Below are positions 1 to 11,586 of a stretch of DNA of 41,579 bases, in pieces; positions within the stretch are counted from its first letter, which is position 1; every line of letters begins with the position of its first letter. The translations under genes were made by a program, and so were the position numbers. The stretch covers positions 12,988-54,566 of the forward strand of contig NW_014040186.1 of assembly GCF_001186125.1 (NCBI RefSeq), in the 5' to 3' direction. The DNA is from Sphaeroforma arctica JP610 (taxonomy: Eukaryota). Below the pieces are notes generated by a model. That model was not told the origin of the DNA, did no database searches, and was given only the letters and a program-made list of their open reading frames with translations.

Positions 1-119
1 ATCAAAATCCGTAACAAAATACATACATCTACTGAATGTTACCTGCCGTTCGTGTCGTCGGGTCGCCGTCGACCGGCGGTACAAAAAAAATCTTATCGAG
101 CCCATATAGGATGAAATAA

Positions 120-830
120 TTTTTGATGATTGATGAATGTTTTATGTGGGGCAAGTGTATACTAGGACACACCTGTTAGCGATATGGTGAATTATTCAGG
201 AGGTGTATTTATGCAGATGACGGTCTTCCTACGGCTGGTCGACTGTAGTGTAGTGAAGGCGTTGTACACCGGTAAATCCAGTGGTGTGGGTAACGTGAAA
301 GGGTCTCGAAGCTTGGGTATGGCCGCTGCAATTCCATTAGTGAGTTACTTTTCTATCGGAATGATGTTTAAATCAACTGTCAATCTAATACCAGAAGTCT
401 CACTTGCGAATCAGTCTCGAGGTGTAATTAGAGATATTATATTTACAAATGGTTACAACCAAAACGAAATACTTGTAGTCGTTGTCGAGATGTACGAATA
501 CAGAGGGGAGCCATTTATCGAATCAAGTAACGACGAAAAATAATAATATTAACTGCGAAGAGAAGAGAAAGAACGTAATCGTGAGCACTACAGAATTAAG
601 ATGCGACTGTAGGAAGTGCAGTCGTACCGGACTACCCTTGCGCGTAGCTAAGGCGGATTCAGTACATAGTCTTCAAGGTATGACAGTGGGTGAGAGAAAA
701 GCTATTACAGGTATGGCACTTAAGTGGTCAGATAAGGCTGAATCATTATGACCTAATATTTTATATGTTGTGGGTAGTAGGGTTCAATGCAAAGAAGATA
801 TACTTCTAGCACATCCAGTGGCGGAATTAG
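120..830 (+). pseudogene. PIF1-family helicase remnant (Helitron RepHel-like C-terminal half)
   Basis: Successive frames give LMIDECFMWG (Walker B), MMFKSTVNL...LANQSRGVIRDII (PIF1 signature region), RTGLPLRVAKADSVHSLQGMTV (cf. R.QFPL.LAWA.TIHKSQG.TL) and LYVVGSRV (cf. YVALSRV). Broken by stops and deletions. Confidence 0.8.
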
Positions 831-899
831 ACTTAAGGAAGATCGCTACAACTCTAACTTGGCGAACACAAGAAGCAGCGCTTAAGTAAATGATTGTGA

Positions 900-1160
900 A
901 AGCTTTTCTTTATCTCGTCTTGGACAGCACAATATATTTGTGGCAGATGAGCAAATGGTAGTTATCTGACAGCCAGTGGTCTTTTTTTGCCAGGATTGAT
1001 ACTTTCAGCTAACAATATACATAGTGTATATGGGTTTTAGCCTAGGAACGCCATGCTGGAAATGGCGGGGCGGTTAGCAGGACTTTAGTCTATGTCTCCA
1101 TGGATGGTTGAAAGTTTGCTGCAGGGTATCCAGACGTACGTCATGTGGGCTGTTAAGGGT
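900..1160 (-). pseudogene. Fragment of dispersed repeat family F (putative Fanzor relic, upstream coding part)
   Basis: Similar to 13670-13790, 25395-25520 and 26100-26220. The minus strand reads THIHYVYC*LKVSILAKKDHWLSDNYHLLICHK. A further piece of the family lies at ~30-100 (RSTATRRHERQVTF). Confidence 0.55.
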
Positions 1161-1834
1161 TACAACATGTACTGTGAGATTCGGTCTCTCATGGCGATAT
1201 TAACGCCTTAGAATAAATAAACGCGTAGGTAAATTTTTAAGTATCGTGAAAATATCAAAGTAAATAAACGAAATAAGACATTTAGTAAAGTTAGGTATGC
1301 CTCGTGAAAACAGCAATACTCTGAGGGATTGTGAGGCTGAGACATTGCCTATATATTATCCTCTCAGTACTGTTTCCGCCGAAGGGATTTTATTTAATGT
1401 TTCGTTGTCGCTCTATTAGTAACTATGGTATGTTTCACTGGGGCGAATCCGAGAGACTCATAAAATCTTATCTTTAGAAAAAATAAATTAAATAAATAAA
1501 AATACTCTTGATGTCCTTAGTTATTGTCTTGACCAATAACTTGCCACTATCAAGAATTACCGATTTAGCCTTCATCAGACTGGCACATCTGGTTGGCTGA
1601 TCGGAGGATCAACTAGGTAATGTTAATAGTCCCTAGCAACCCATATTCGGTTGAGCCATCTCGCTACCGAAGCATTCAGATATTTATAAAGTTGGAAAGT
1701 AAATAAAGTTCTATTAATAGAACTAGACCAACTCTTTATGTTTGGTATTTCACTGAGGCCTTTTAATGGCCTCGTCCAAATATCTGATATGTAGAATGGA
1801 AAAGGTATTAATGAATAAAACAATTAAACCCCAT

Positions 1835-1945
1835 TTTAGGAAACTTAAGTTCCTCGTGCTATTAAGAGTACATTTAGGAAAATTAAGTTCCTCGTACTAT
1901 TAAGAGTACATTTAGGAAACTTAGGTTCCTCGTACTATTAAGTAC
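1835..1945. repeat. 38-bp tandem repeat, about 3 copies, with an internal imperfect palindrome
   Basis: tttaggaaacttaagttcctcgt(g/a)ctattaagagtaca starts at 1835, 1873 and 1911. Confidence 0.9.
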
Positions 1946-4265
1946 GTTTATAATTTACGTACTGCTTAAGAGTACGTTTATAACATAGAGTCTAATGTGG
2001 AGGCCCAGCTCATTACAGTACCACGTTTTGGGACTGCGACGGGAGGTTGTTGTTGCGGAAAGCACGGCTGATCTATTTGGGTTCGCACCAGCTGCTGGAT
2101 GTTGAATGTCAGGAAGAACAGCAGTTAGGTGAAAATATTAAGAAGTACGTGGATGTCACGGCTAAGTAATTGGCGAAGTCACGTGTTGTCGCTGCTGGAG
2201 CGATATTGGCAAACTTCATGCATCGCAGGCTGTGTGTGATCATCTTACAAGGTGGCGGCATTATAAATTATGGAAAGCATAAACGCAGAAGCCGATACTG
2301 TGCCCGCGACTTCAGAGATAATTTTTGAAAATGAGAAAATACCTTGAACCCTGTGACCCGAACGTCGGTGAAAACACGAAAGATTTTAAATAGATAAAAT
2401 CGCCAAAAACCCCATCGCAACCCCGTCAAAATCCAGTATCTCAGGTTCAGTTTCAGGCATTGTTGGATTACGTGAAAGAGCTACAAGGAATATTAGAGTC
2501 ACTGGACAAGAAGTACACTTAGATAATACAACTGTTCCAGTCCCAGTTAATTCGGAACTACAGAAATATATTTATCTGAACAAGATGAAACTATCCCTTG
2601 CCAAAGAATTATTGGCAGTCCAAAACTCAATAAAAATGCAAAATCAGGACCGGCAAGTGATCCAGGACCGAAATAGATGAGACCTTTAAAAAACGAGCTA
2701 CGCCGTGAAGAGTGGGATACTCTTCTCGACAATACTGAATTACTTCTTAAAAAAATACCAGCGAAAAACAGTCTAACATGGCTAATCGAGCGAATAGAAC
2801 ATTGAAAAAAGGAAATCGACAGACAAATAAAGCAGTAGGCACACGACCTGAGAAGAGAGTAAAGATTGATACTAACAAATTGAAACGGGAGTGAGAAAAA
2901 ACTGTCGGTAAATTTTAGTTGTTTGGACACTAGTATGGACTGCAGCAAAGACGAGATATCAGGGAATGAATAGCACAAATGGGCTCGGTCCATGCACAGT
3001 TTACTAGAGGTTGCTCACGACCATCCCAGCACAAGTCCAGGCCGCCACGTCAGTACATAATGAGTGTTACCAGGAATATCAACAAGTTATCCAGACACAT
3101 CATATGTAATCTAGGCCGTCGTGACCATGAATGTCAGTTTATTTTATTTTTTATAATCTAAGTAGAAGTGATCTATCATGTGGAAAGTGGCTTGAGTAAA
3201 AGCAAGCAAAAGCAGTTTACGTGGACAGACCTTCCACTCACCCTTTGGTTTGGGTTGGTTTGCTTCGTATTCATAATTCTCTGGCTAAGAAAAATAAGTA
3301 TTGAAGCAGACTATAGTCCTTCATTTCAATCACAATTTAAGTAGTTGTTCAATAAATACCTAGTTTAAATAGGAAATGGCTTTCATGCTGAGCTCGCGAC
3401 ATGGCTAAAGGCTGCAAACCACCACCTGGCCATCTAACTAAATATAGGATGCAGCTAAGTGTACCCTCCACATTTGGCCGTGAACATCGCGAGACTGCAA
3501 GAACTTTTAAGTAGAATATGAATATTTCTGAAGATATGTATCATGAATGGAGAAAAAAAATAGCTGTCCGTTCACTAATTTGGTATCATTGGTATTGTCC
3601 GTTTTGATACCAAAGATGTGAAACTTTCGTTGCGGCTTTAGACTCTCAGATTCTTAATACTCCACCAAAGCTGGTGATTGCGCCTCCGCCGTCGTGTGGC
3701 CCACCCGTGACAAAGCTGTGTGCCCTGAATTTAATACTGTCGAATTGTATTACCGACAAGGTAAAGTTACTGGACGAATTTGGCGACGGTCTCATGAACC
3801 GGATCGATACTAAGCTAAATGCCGTGATTTTAACCCTACCGCCGATGCCACGGTTACTGACAGCCATGGAGCTCATCAATGCCAGTCGATGGCGTTTCAA
3901 TAGCTGTGGATGTTTCTCGATATAAAGATAATAGGCTGATACTTAATCGGCATGATGACAATCTAGTGGTTGAGATTGATAAGTATCCAAGCTACCTTGA
4001 AGACAATGATAACAACCTTTCACAGGTCATGCGTGGGTACTGTGTACACAACGACTATAATATAGAGAAAGAAGAAAAAAATACATCGAACGTAGTATTA
4101 TGGTAATCAGCGATGGTGACAAATAGTCACTAGAGGTAATAAACAAAACAAATAAAAAGTTTCTAATCATGCAATCGCATAGTTATATTTTTTAATCTAC
4201 ACCAACGCGATGCTAAGATCTGTTCTGGTAACTTTATCCAAAAGGAATGTTTCTTTTTTTTTTTG

Positions 4266-4435
4266 CGTACACGTAAGGTCACCCCCATTGCATATTCCAG
4301 TACTACTCGACTATTGTAAATGGACGTGCCATGCATGAGCGACGTGTTGACTTGGTACACAATCTCCTAAGCCAAATGATTCATTTTACTTAATTGCATT
4401 TAAAATCAAGTCTGTCTGATTGATTGTGCTGCAAG
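4266..4435 (-). repeat. Family F terminal (3' non-coding) fragment
   Basis: Begins CGTACACGTA and aligns with 6002-6190, 13800-13985 and 14242-14440. Confidence 0.75.
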
Positions 4436-5119
4436 TAAGGTTACACCAATCAAAGGTGGCGGAGCTGTCGATGTTGATACGCCAGTGAGAGTGACTCCGC
4501 GTCGTTCAGCTAAATAAAAGTATTTATATTGCACAAACTATGGTGGGTGTATTGGAGACGAGAAAGGCAAAACCCTGAAACGTTAGGCCGACGGCAAGGA
4601 TGATGGCGGGTTAAGATGAGGTCCTGATCTGAGACGACGGAGACCATAGCAAGAAGGAGAATGATAAGGGTGAGAAGGATAAAAAATTAAATCCAAACTC
4701 CCTAAAATACCCTTTGAAGAATTGGTGCATGCGTACGAGCATCGGTGCTACCCGATGGCAATTTGCACCGTGTACATAATGTTATAGGGGATGACAATTG
4801 TCTTCCCAGAGCAGTCTGTGAGCATCTCGGAAGTATCAAAGATAGGTATCAAATGTAGCGAAAGTTTTGAGTTTTCACAAGGTACTGAGATTTATATTAC
4901 TAAAACGTAAGTAGTTGTTAACTTGATACTATTTATCAAAATGGTTGGAAACGCAATCAATGGAAAGGATCACGTGGTTGATTCAAACATTCAATCACGC
5001 GATGCTTCCATCAAACAATTGACTTTTGATGATAGCGTCCGAAACACACTCAAAATGGATGTGACCGTGGTTGTGGTGCAGTTGGCGGAATAGGAATAGA
5101 ACTTGGTTAAGGTGAAGAA

Positions 5120-5681
5120 GGGATCAGCAACGTGAGCTCTAATATACCAAACGTAGTCGAGTAGGTATGCAACGAGGTTGCGATGAAGTCGGGGTCACCA
5201 ACGTGAGGAATGTAGGCGGAACAAGAATGAAACCTGGTAGTGGTGAAAATGGATCAGCAACGTGATCGTTAATCTACCAAAGGTAAACGAAATAGCTATG
5301 AAACTTGGTTGTCGTGGAGTCGGGGTCATCAACGTGAGCCCTAAAGCTTCCAACATAGTCGGAATAGAGGTGGAAGGTGATTGTGGGGATGTCGGGATCA
5401 CCAATGTGAGTTCTGAAGCTCCCAACATAGTCGGAATGAAGGTGGATAGTGATTGTGGTGATGTCGGGATCACCAATGTGAGCCCTAAAGCTCTCAACAT
5501 AGTCGAAATGGAGGTGGAAGACGATTGTGGTGATGTCGGGATCACCAACGTGACTCCTAATGCACCTCAGATTATCATCTGTTGTCAGCCCAATAATCAC
5601 TTCATGTGTCTGGAGAAGCTTGAGAGTTCTTCGCCGCCGAGAACCCCAGTTTGGACGTATATTGAGCATGCAATATATTAG
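5120..5681 (+). pseudogene. Degenerate 72-bp (24-aa) tandem-repeat coding region of unknown family
   Basis: ORF 5262-5681 contains VGITNVSPKA.NIV.M.V..DCGD repeats (3 clear units plus a partial one). More decayed units with stops or frameshifts lie upstream. Confidence 0.6.
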
Positions 5682-6001
5682 TAATTTCAGTATATATTTG
5701 TACATTTTAATACACCTACAATTTTACTTCTATTAAACCAGCTCTGTCGCTTTCTCCATGTATCTTTTAATATACACACCTTTATTATTTACCTCTAGCA
5801 TAACAAGCTCCGTTGCTCACCTCCATATATTTGTGACATACACACATCTAATTTTTACCTCTTGTATAATCAGCTCTTTCGTTCACCTCCGTATATATTT
5901 TATAATATTTATTATTTATTTATATCTATTGATCTACACCAATGCGTTGCTAATATCTGTTCTTGTAACCTTAACCATGAAGAATGCTACTTTTTTTTAT
6001 A

Positions 6002-6402
6002 CGTACACGTAGTGTCACGCGCTCTGCATTATCCAATACTACTAGGCTATTATACATGGACTTGCCATACATGAGCGACAATTTTGACTTGCTACACAAT
6101 CTCCCAAGCCAAAATGATTCATTTTACTAAAGTACATTAACCGCTGTTAAAATCGAGTGTTAGTTTAATTTAATAATAGCTTGTGCTTAAATTAACTATT
6201 GAAAGAATAACACTTCAATTAAAGTGCATTATAATTCAAAAGAGTACAAAATAGCAAAAGCGGAAACCCCAACAAAAAACATGAAAACATAAATGTCGAC
6301 AAACCAGATTTTTCTCACTGAATCTAATGTTCAATTGAGAGTTGCGATTGTCACATATTCAACTGGACGCGGTCGATGGCGCAATAAAATTGCGAAATTC
6401 GT
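6002..6402 (-). mobile_element. Family F right end: Fanzor-like C-terminal peptide, stop codon and ~330-bp conserved tail
   Basis: Minus strand 6399-6331 reads NFAILLRHRPRPVEYVTIATLN*. The tail is conserved with other copies and ends at CGTACACG (6002). Confidence 0.55.
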
Positions 6403-6431
6403 TCGGTTTCTTGATGGAAAATCTGGTCTGA

Positions 6432-6612
6432 GTAGTTGAAATAGAATAGCATCGAAGTGTTAAAGTGTTCTCCATAAGGGTTCTCATACTGACCATATGA
6501 ATTTTTACCCTGGCAAACACAAGCGGCTGAACACTAGCACAAACACCTCAGGTATAAAACCAAAGTTGAGGTCAGAATTAAATACATACATTTCGCACTT
6601 TATTTAGAGTCT
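6432..6612. repeat. Solo copy of the MITE-like arm found at 10936-11113 and 11411-11586
   Basis: aagtgttaaagtgttc...ttttaccctggc...aagcggctgaac...gcactttatttagagtct matches the reverse complement of 11430-11605. Confidence 0.8.
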
Positions 6613-6620
6613 CCTGCATT

Positions 6621-6941
6621 TTAGAAAAGCTGGGTATATGTGTATGTACTCCCAGAAAGAAGCAAGTCGGGCACTTTGCCTTCAGTATGGAGAGAGGCCA
6701 GGCAGACAGAGATATAGCTTGAGAACGCAATCCTATCGAGCGAAATATGGAGGAGCTTCGTAACTATCTAGGGTTCAGTGGATTAAACAACCCGGTATCT
6801 GAAATTGATATCACAGACCACGAGGCTCAAGTAGCTCGTGGTCTAGTCAATCTCGATTGTCCTATTACCGATTGGTGGATGGCGAAAGAGAGAACTGTCT
6901 AGTCTGACGGAGAACCAGATGTGCCACTAGATGTGATCTAA
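6621..6941 (+). pseudogene. C-terminus of a DDE_Tnp_4 (ISL2EU/Harbinger-type) transposase
   Basis: The frame from 6621 reads LEKLGICVCTPRKKQVGHFAFSMERGQADRDIA*ERNPIERNMEELRNYLGFSG...VARGLVNLDCPI. This matches the ISL2EU pattern P.....QFS.EE....R.IA..RIHVER.IG.IK.F...L.NL..PL, including the catalytic E of (V/I)ER. It is absent from the ORF track because of stops at 6720 and 6900. Confidence 0.7.
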
Positions 6942-6980
6942 TATAAAATCATAAGCACATGCACATATTAAAATTGTACT

Positions 6981-9712
6981 TTATTCATTAGTCTCTTCAT
7001 CCAACCAATCCAAAACTTGATCCATTTTCAGGCCTCTAGATGCTTTCTCGGGATTGTAGCAGCTCAATTTTTCTTTTCGATAGGCCATGTACTTTGCACG
7101 TTCATCCTTATCCATTTCAACTGAAAGCGCATTCATATGTGACTTACGCAGTGGATTAAAGGTAGATCTGTTAACTGTACATCTGAAATCTTTACTCTGG
7201 TCTACAAACTCTCGAGCAAGCATAATAGTGGCCGCGAGACGTGCATAGCAGCTCAATTTTTCTTTTCGATAGGCCATGTACTTTGCACGTTCATCCTTAT
7301 CCATTTCAACTGAAAGCGCATTCATATGTGACTTACGCAGTGGATTAAAGGTAGATCTGTTAACTGTACATCTGAAATCTTTACTCTGGTCTACAAACTC
7401 TCGAGCAAGCATAATAGTGGCCGCGAGACGTGCAAGTTTTGTAGATAGTTTTACTGTATTGTTCTCTCGTTCTTTTGGTACGCAAAATAGTTCGTTTAGT
7501 TTCAAACTAGTTCCAATTGGTTTGGTGTTTGTGATAAAGAGCTGTTTCAGTCACGTTCTCCATATGGAGCAGTCATCTGCATATCGCACACCACACCACC
7601 TTATCGTAATATCCCTTGCTTCCTGATAGGCTGTGACTGTCGAGCGAGATCAGATTAGCATTAAATTTCCGAGATTTAGGACTCTTTGACCATGAACAGG
7701 TACTATCAGTTGATCCGGGATCTCCAAGTTCACGCACGCGTTCAAGTACTGCTCGCGTGTGCACACAATTGTAATGATTGTGACAGGGAGATACATTAAG
7801 TATTTTGTAGTCACCTTCACCTTTATCCGTTACTACTATTTAGTGGGTGCTATTGGTAGAAGACATGCACAGTCCTCTACCGAGTCGACAAACCATGCAC
7901 CAGTGTCTCCATCTTTATCGATAACACATACACAAACCACATTCATTTTATCGTGTCTATATGAACGTGTCACTCCACCCCTTACATACATCAGTGCTGG
8001 ATGTTTTCTTTTAGGATCGTCGGCTAGTTTTAAAAACGCCACACGCAAATTGACAATCGCCCGTTGTTCTTGTTCTCTCTTTTGACGCAACGTATAAGCT
8101 GCTTTGCCATAGTAAACCTTAATAACTTTAGAACCAACTAGTACACGGTCTACGGCTTAGTTGTCATAAGTGGTGAAATGTAATTGAGCGCATGCATCTC
8201 ATAGATCCTTTTCAATGGATAGTCGTGCGGCAAACAACGCCGTCGGAACCTCAGGAATTGGCTGTTTGGTAAGAACGGCGGATGCACAATCCAAATTCTG
8301 TGCTAAATACTCAACTATTACCGGTTTTGTAGAAAAACGTGCTGGTATTACTATTCCACGCTGAACTGCATATGCACGTAATGCCGGAAGCAACATCTTA
8401 TTAAAGCTCAGTATATCGGAATCTACACTAGTAGCACTCCACGAGATTGGCGGTCAACCTAACCGCTTGTTCCACTTATTAGACCACGGTTTATGACGGA
8501 TATCATACACACCATTTCTAAGATTGTTTTGTTGTTGCATATCTAATGTGTAGTATTGCGCAAAGCGCTCATCATTAAGCATTGTCTCGGACATATCTAT
8601 TAATACTTGACGAGAATCCTTAAGTAGATAGAACAGCATGCAAATGTAATTTTGGAAATGAAAGTCTTCTCCAAATACATTAGTTGCTTTGAAATTCTCG
8701 TCCACATGATTAGTCGCCACCGTAAATACTGGTTGGCAAAAATACATAAAATTGGTTATAGCTATCTCATTTGTTGTCTGAACGCACACGTCTTCAGACC
8801 AACCCTTGAACTCATAAGCACTATTCAAACATAAGTTCGTGTACTTCGGTCATCGTAGTGCCATTCCAACCACACACAGAAAGAATTCACTGTGAAACCC
8901 GCTTTGATACGATAGTCTGATTGTAGCAGACTGGCGGCCATTGACACCGTACAGTCAACCCCGAAGTTAAGCACGGCTTGAAGAAATGAAACTTGCTTAT
9001 CGCTGAGGTCTACTATCTTTTCAATATTAGTGTGCTTACAGTTCTTTCTATAGAAGATATCTGCGATGCCAGACTTCCAACGTTGATCCATAATCAGGGT
9101 TGTACATCCAATAACTAATAAAGCGCCAGGAGCTGCTGCTCGGCTTCCATTGGCGATACGATGAAGTCTATATCCACATCTTGACAGAGTGACATCAGCA
9201 TCTCAGCCATGTCCAGATTGAAGAATGAAACAGCTTCCTTACAAGCTTTAAGTTTGTCAAAGCCAGTTGCTTTCCGCTTAGCCTGTGGAACGTCTAATAA
9301 AGGCATTCAACGCTATGTAAATACTTGTGTGTATCAGAAAATTGTACTATATCATGTCCCTACAATATAAATGTATCGAGCATACCTTGATGTGTACATC
9401 GATGACCTCCATTGCAGATTTTCGTTTTGCGGCTCGTTCCTCGTTGACCTTCTTCTCTCTATCTCGATAGCCGTCAAATACCATAAACACTCTAAATGTA
9501 CCTAAACCGTACGATTGTGGCCTCTGAATCGAAGCGTAAACGTCAAGGAGAAAGGGTTGGAAATTGTTCTCCATCACGATCTCTATCGCATGCGTACTTG
9601 CAAAATTGTGCGCTAAATAACTAGCATATATCCCTAAAACGCCTACAAGTTGAGATAGCGACGTCTTCTCAAACACAGGGCGGACTAGGTTGAACAGCCC
9701 AGTGATACCCAT
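6981..9712 (-). pseudogene. Exo1/XPG (FEN1-superfamily) nuclease fused to SAP-like and SWIM zinc-finger regions
   Basis: ATG at 9712: MGITGLFNLV...VFMVFDG...KKVNEERAAKR (XPG-N). A GTATGC..ATAG intron spans 9385-9313. Then FIVSPMEAEQQL (XPG-I), LLVIGC, LLQSDY (H3TH-like), LPALRAYAVQRGI...TKPVIVEYL (SAP-like), DCAC...NCVHTRAVL (SWIM CxC..CxH) and STDSTCSW. Multiple stops and frameshifts. Confidence 0.8.
7057..7434. repeat. Perfect 189-bp in-frame tandem duplication
   Basis: 7057-7245 and 7246-7434 appear identical on base-by-base reading; the duplication is a 63-aa repeat in ORF 6981-7505. Confidence 0.95.
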
Positions 9713-10100
9713 AGTGTACAAGCTATACAACTTTATGTGGTGTTCGATAGTGTGTACAATAGAGGAGATGTTATAGATAAGAATACATGTGCACTTTACT
9801 TTTTAGTTACAGTCAGAATCTGGTACAGTGGTGACGTAACAAAAATAAATAAAGTGCGGTCCTACCAAATTCAAGAACAAAATTTTGTGCCCCAAAGCCT
9901 ATATTTTCACGTCCGTAAGCTAATAATGATTTAACTTTTTAATTTAATTAAATTTTTATGGGGGGGGGGACCCGAAAAAAACCCCTAAAAACCCAAGTTA
10001 GGGTAAATAGAAAACGTACCGTCGGACCCCAGTAAACGTATGTTACTATTAACTACCCCGCAAGGGTAGTAGATAGTGGGGTACCTCTTATATGCAATGC

Positions 10101-10810
10101 GTGGTATGTATGCCAATTTAAAATATTTAATATTCTGGATTAGTATCATATAGCATTTGAGACAATTGTAAATGGTTTCTGATAACGTAATAATTTGGAC
10201 TAGTATCAAATAGCATTTGAGACAATTATAAATGATTTCTAATAACGTTTCTATAGTTCCCCATAATGCCAAAAATGATGTTTACTTCACTAAGCAACAT
10301 CAAATAGGAGGTCCAATCCAACAATCTATTGAGAATAGAAGGCGTGAAGAAGAGGAAATATACAAGGATATCAAATTCCCAATCCCAACATATAAGCAAA
10401 AGCTTGAATTTGATGAAGATGGTTTCTCTCGGGTAGCTCGTAAAATATGTGATACGTTAGGGTTCGTAGTAAGGCGTGATACTACGGAAGAGAAGGCTGA
10501 GTACTCCATACCCCTTTATATGCCACTTGATCGTTTTAGCATGATCTTTTACGTGTCTATTTTCTGTCGCCGAGTATGACAAGATTGGAATCAGAATCCG
10601 CTCGCGATACCAAGCTCCAACTTTCGGACTCGTTTGATGCCGTTGAACGGGTCTTTTATGCATTAATATCCGCCGACGAAAAGCAACAGAGGGATGCGTA
10701 TGACAGATGAAAAAATCGGGATGTTTAATTGCAATGCCTGGTATGTATGCCTATTTAAAATAATTTGGATTAGTACCATATAGCATTTGAGACAATTATA
10801 AATGGTTTTT
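10101..10810. repeat. AT-rich direct repeats (~60-bp unit) flanking an unidentified ORF remnant (10232-10579 +)
   Basis: ggattagtatcatatagcatttgagacaatt.taaatggttt occurs at ~10137, ~10197 and ~10768; tggtatgtatgcc occurs at 10102 and 10739. Confidence 0.7.
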
Positions 10811-10935
10811 ATTTGTAGTTTGAATAATGTACTGTGTGGTATGTCAGATATTTTGAAGTTTTCCCAATAACGATTCCCTATACCATATCAGCACACGGAA
10901 AAGCTCCCAAGAAAACGTTGTGCAAGATGAGCAAT

Positions 10936-11586
10936 AAGTGTTAAAAGTGTTCTGCAGGAGGTTACTATAACTTACCATTTGAGGTTTTACCCTGACCAGC
11001 CCAAGCGGTTGAACGCTAGCACAAATATCTTAGGTGATAAGCTAGAGGTGAGGTGAGAAACAAAGACTTACATTTGCACTCTATTCAAAGTCTACCACCC
11101 TACACTCATAACATTTTGGTCACTTGAAAAGATTCAAGAGTAGACGTTGGTCTGTGATTATTCCCATTTGTATTGATTCAGTACTTATGTATTGGTATTG
11201 TATTATTGAACTATTTAGTATTTATGCGAGGCCTACCACCAAAGAAATAAACCCTCCATATTCTATTTTCACCACAACCTTTTGGCAAAAAAATAAAAAT
11301 ATGAACCATCTTTTTCAGTCACCCCAAAATCAATAGTGTAGAACTAGAGACGGAATTCTGAAATTTTCCAGACCGAATCTGATTGAGCCTCAGAATAATT
11401 CAGCCATAACTGTTAGAGTGGAATGTAGTAGACTTTAAATAAAGTGCAAATGTAGGTGTTTATTTCTGTCCTCACCTTTGGTTTTACACTCAAAGTGTTT
11501 GTGCTAGAGTTCAGCCGCTTGGGCTGGCCAGGGTAAAATCTCATATGGTCAGTATGAGAAACCTTATGCAGAACACTTTAACACTT
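10936..11586. mobile_element. MITE-like structure with ~175-bp diverged inverted arms
   Basis: 10936-11113 is an imperfect reverse complement of 11411-11586, around a ~300-bp non-coding spacer. No target-site duplication was identified. Confidence 0.65.

Noticed and set aside
1835..1945. Palindromic 38-bp repeats as a CRISPR array
   Set aside because: The units are contiguous with no unique spacers, there are no cas genes, and the context is eukaryotic.
2000..4110. Short ORFs and stop-ridden frames as genes
   Set aside because: They may be decayed coding sequence, but no motif could be recognised.
5320..5560. 72-bp repeats as CRISPR repeat-spacer units
   Set aside because: The whole unit is similar between copies, so it is a tandem repeat.
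6981..9712. Functional host EXO1 or an endogenous giant-virus gene
   Set aside because: Multiple stops, a deleted catalytic segment, the intron, the SWIM fusion and the transposase neighbour argue against both; no viral hallmark genes are nearby.
10052..10070. Hairpin actaccc-cgcaa-gggtagt as a Helitron 3' end or transposon terminus
   Set aside because: No CTRR terminus at the expected distance and no partner end in the window.
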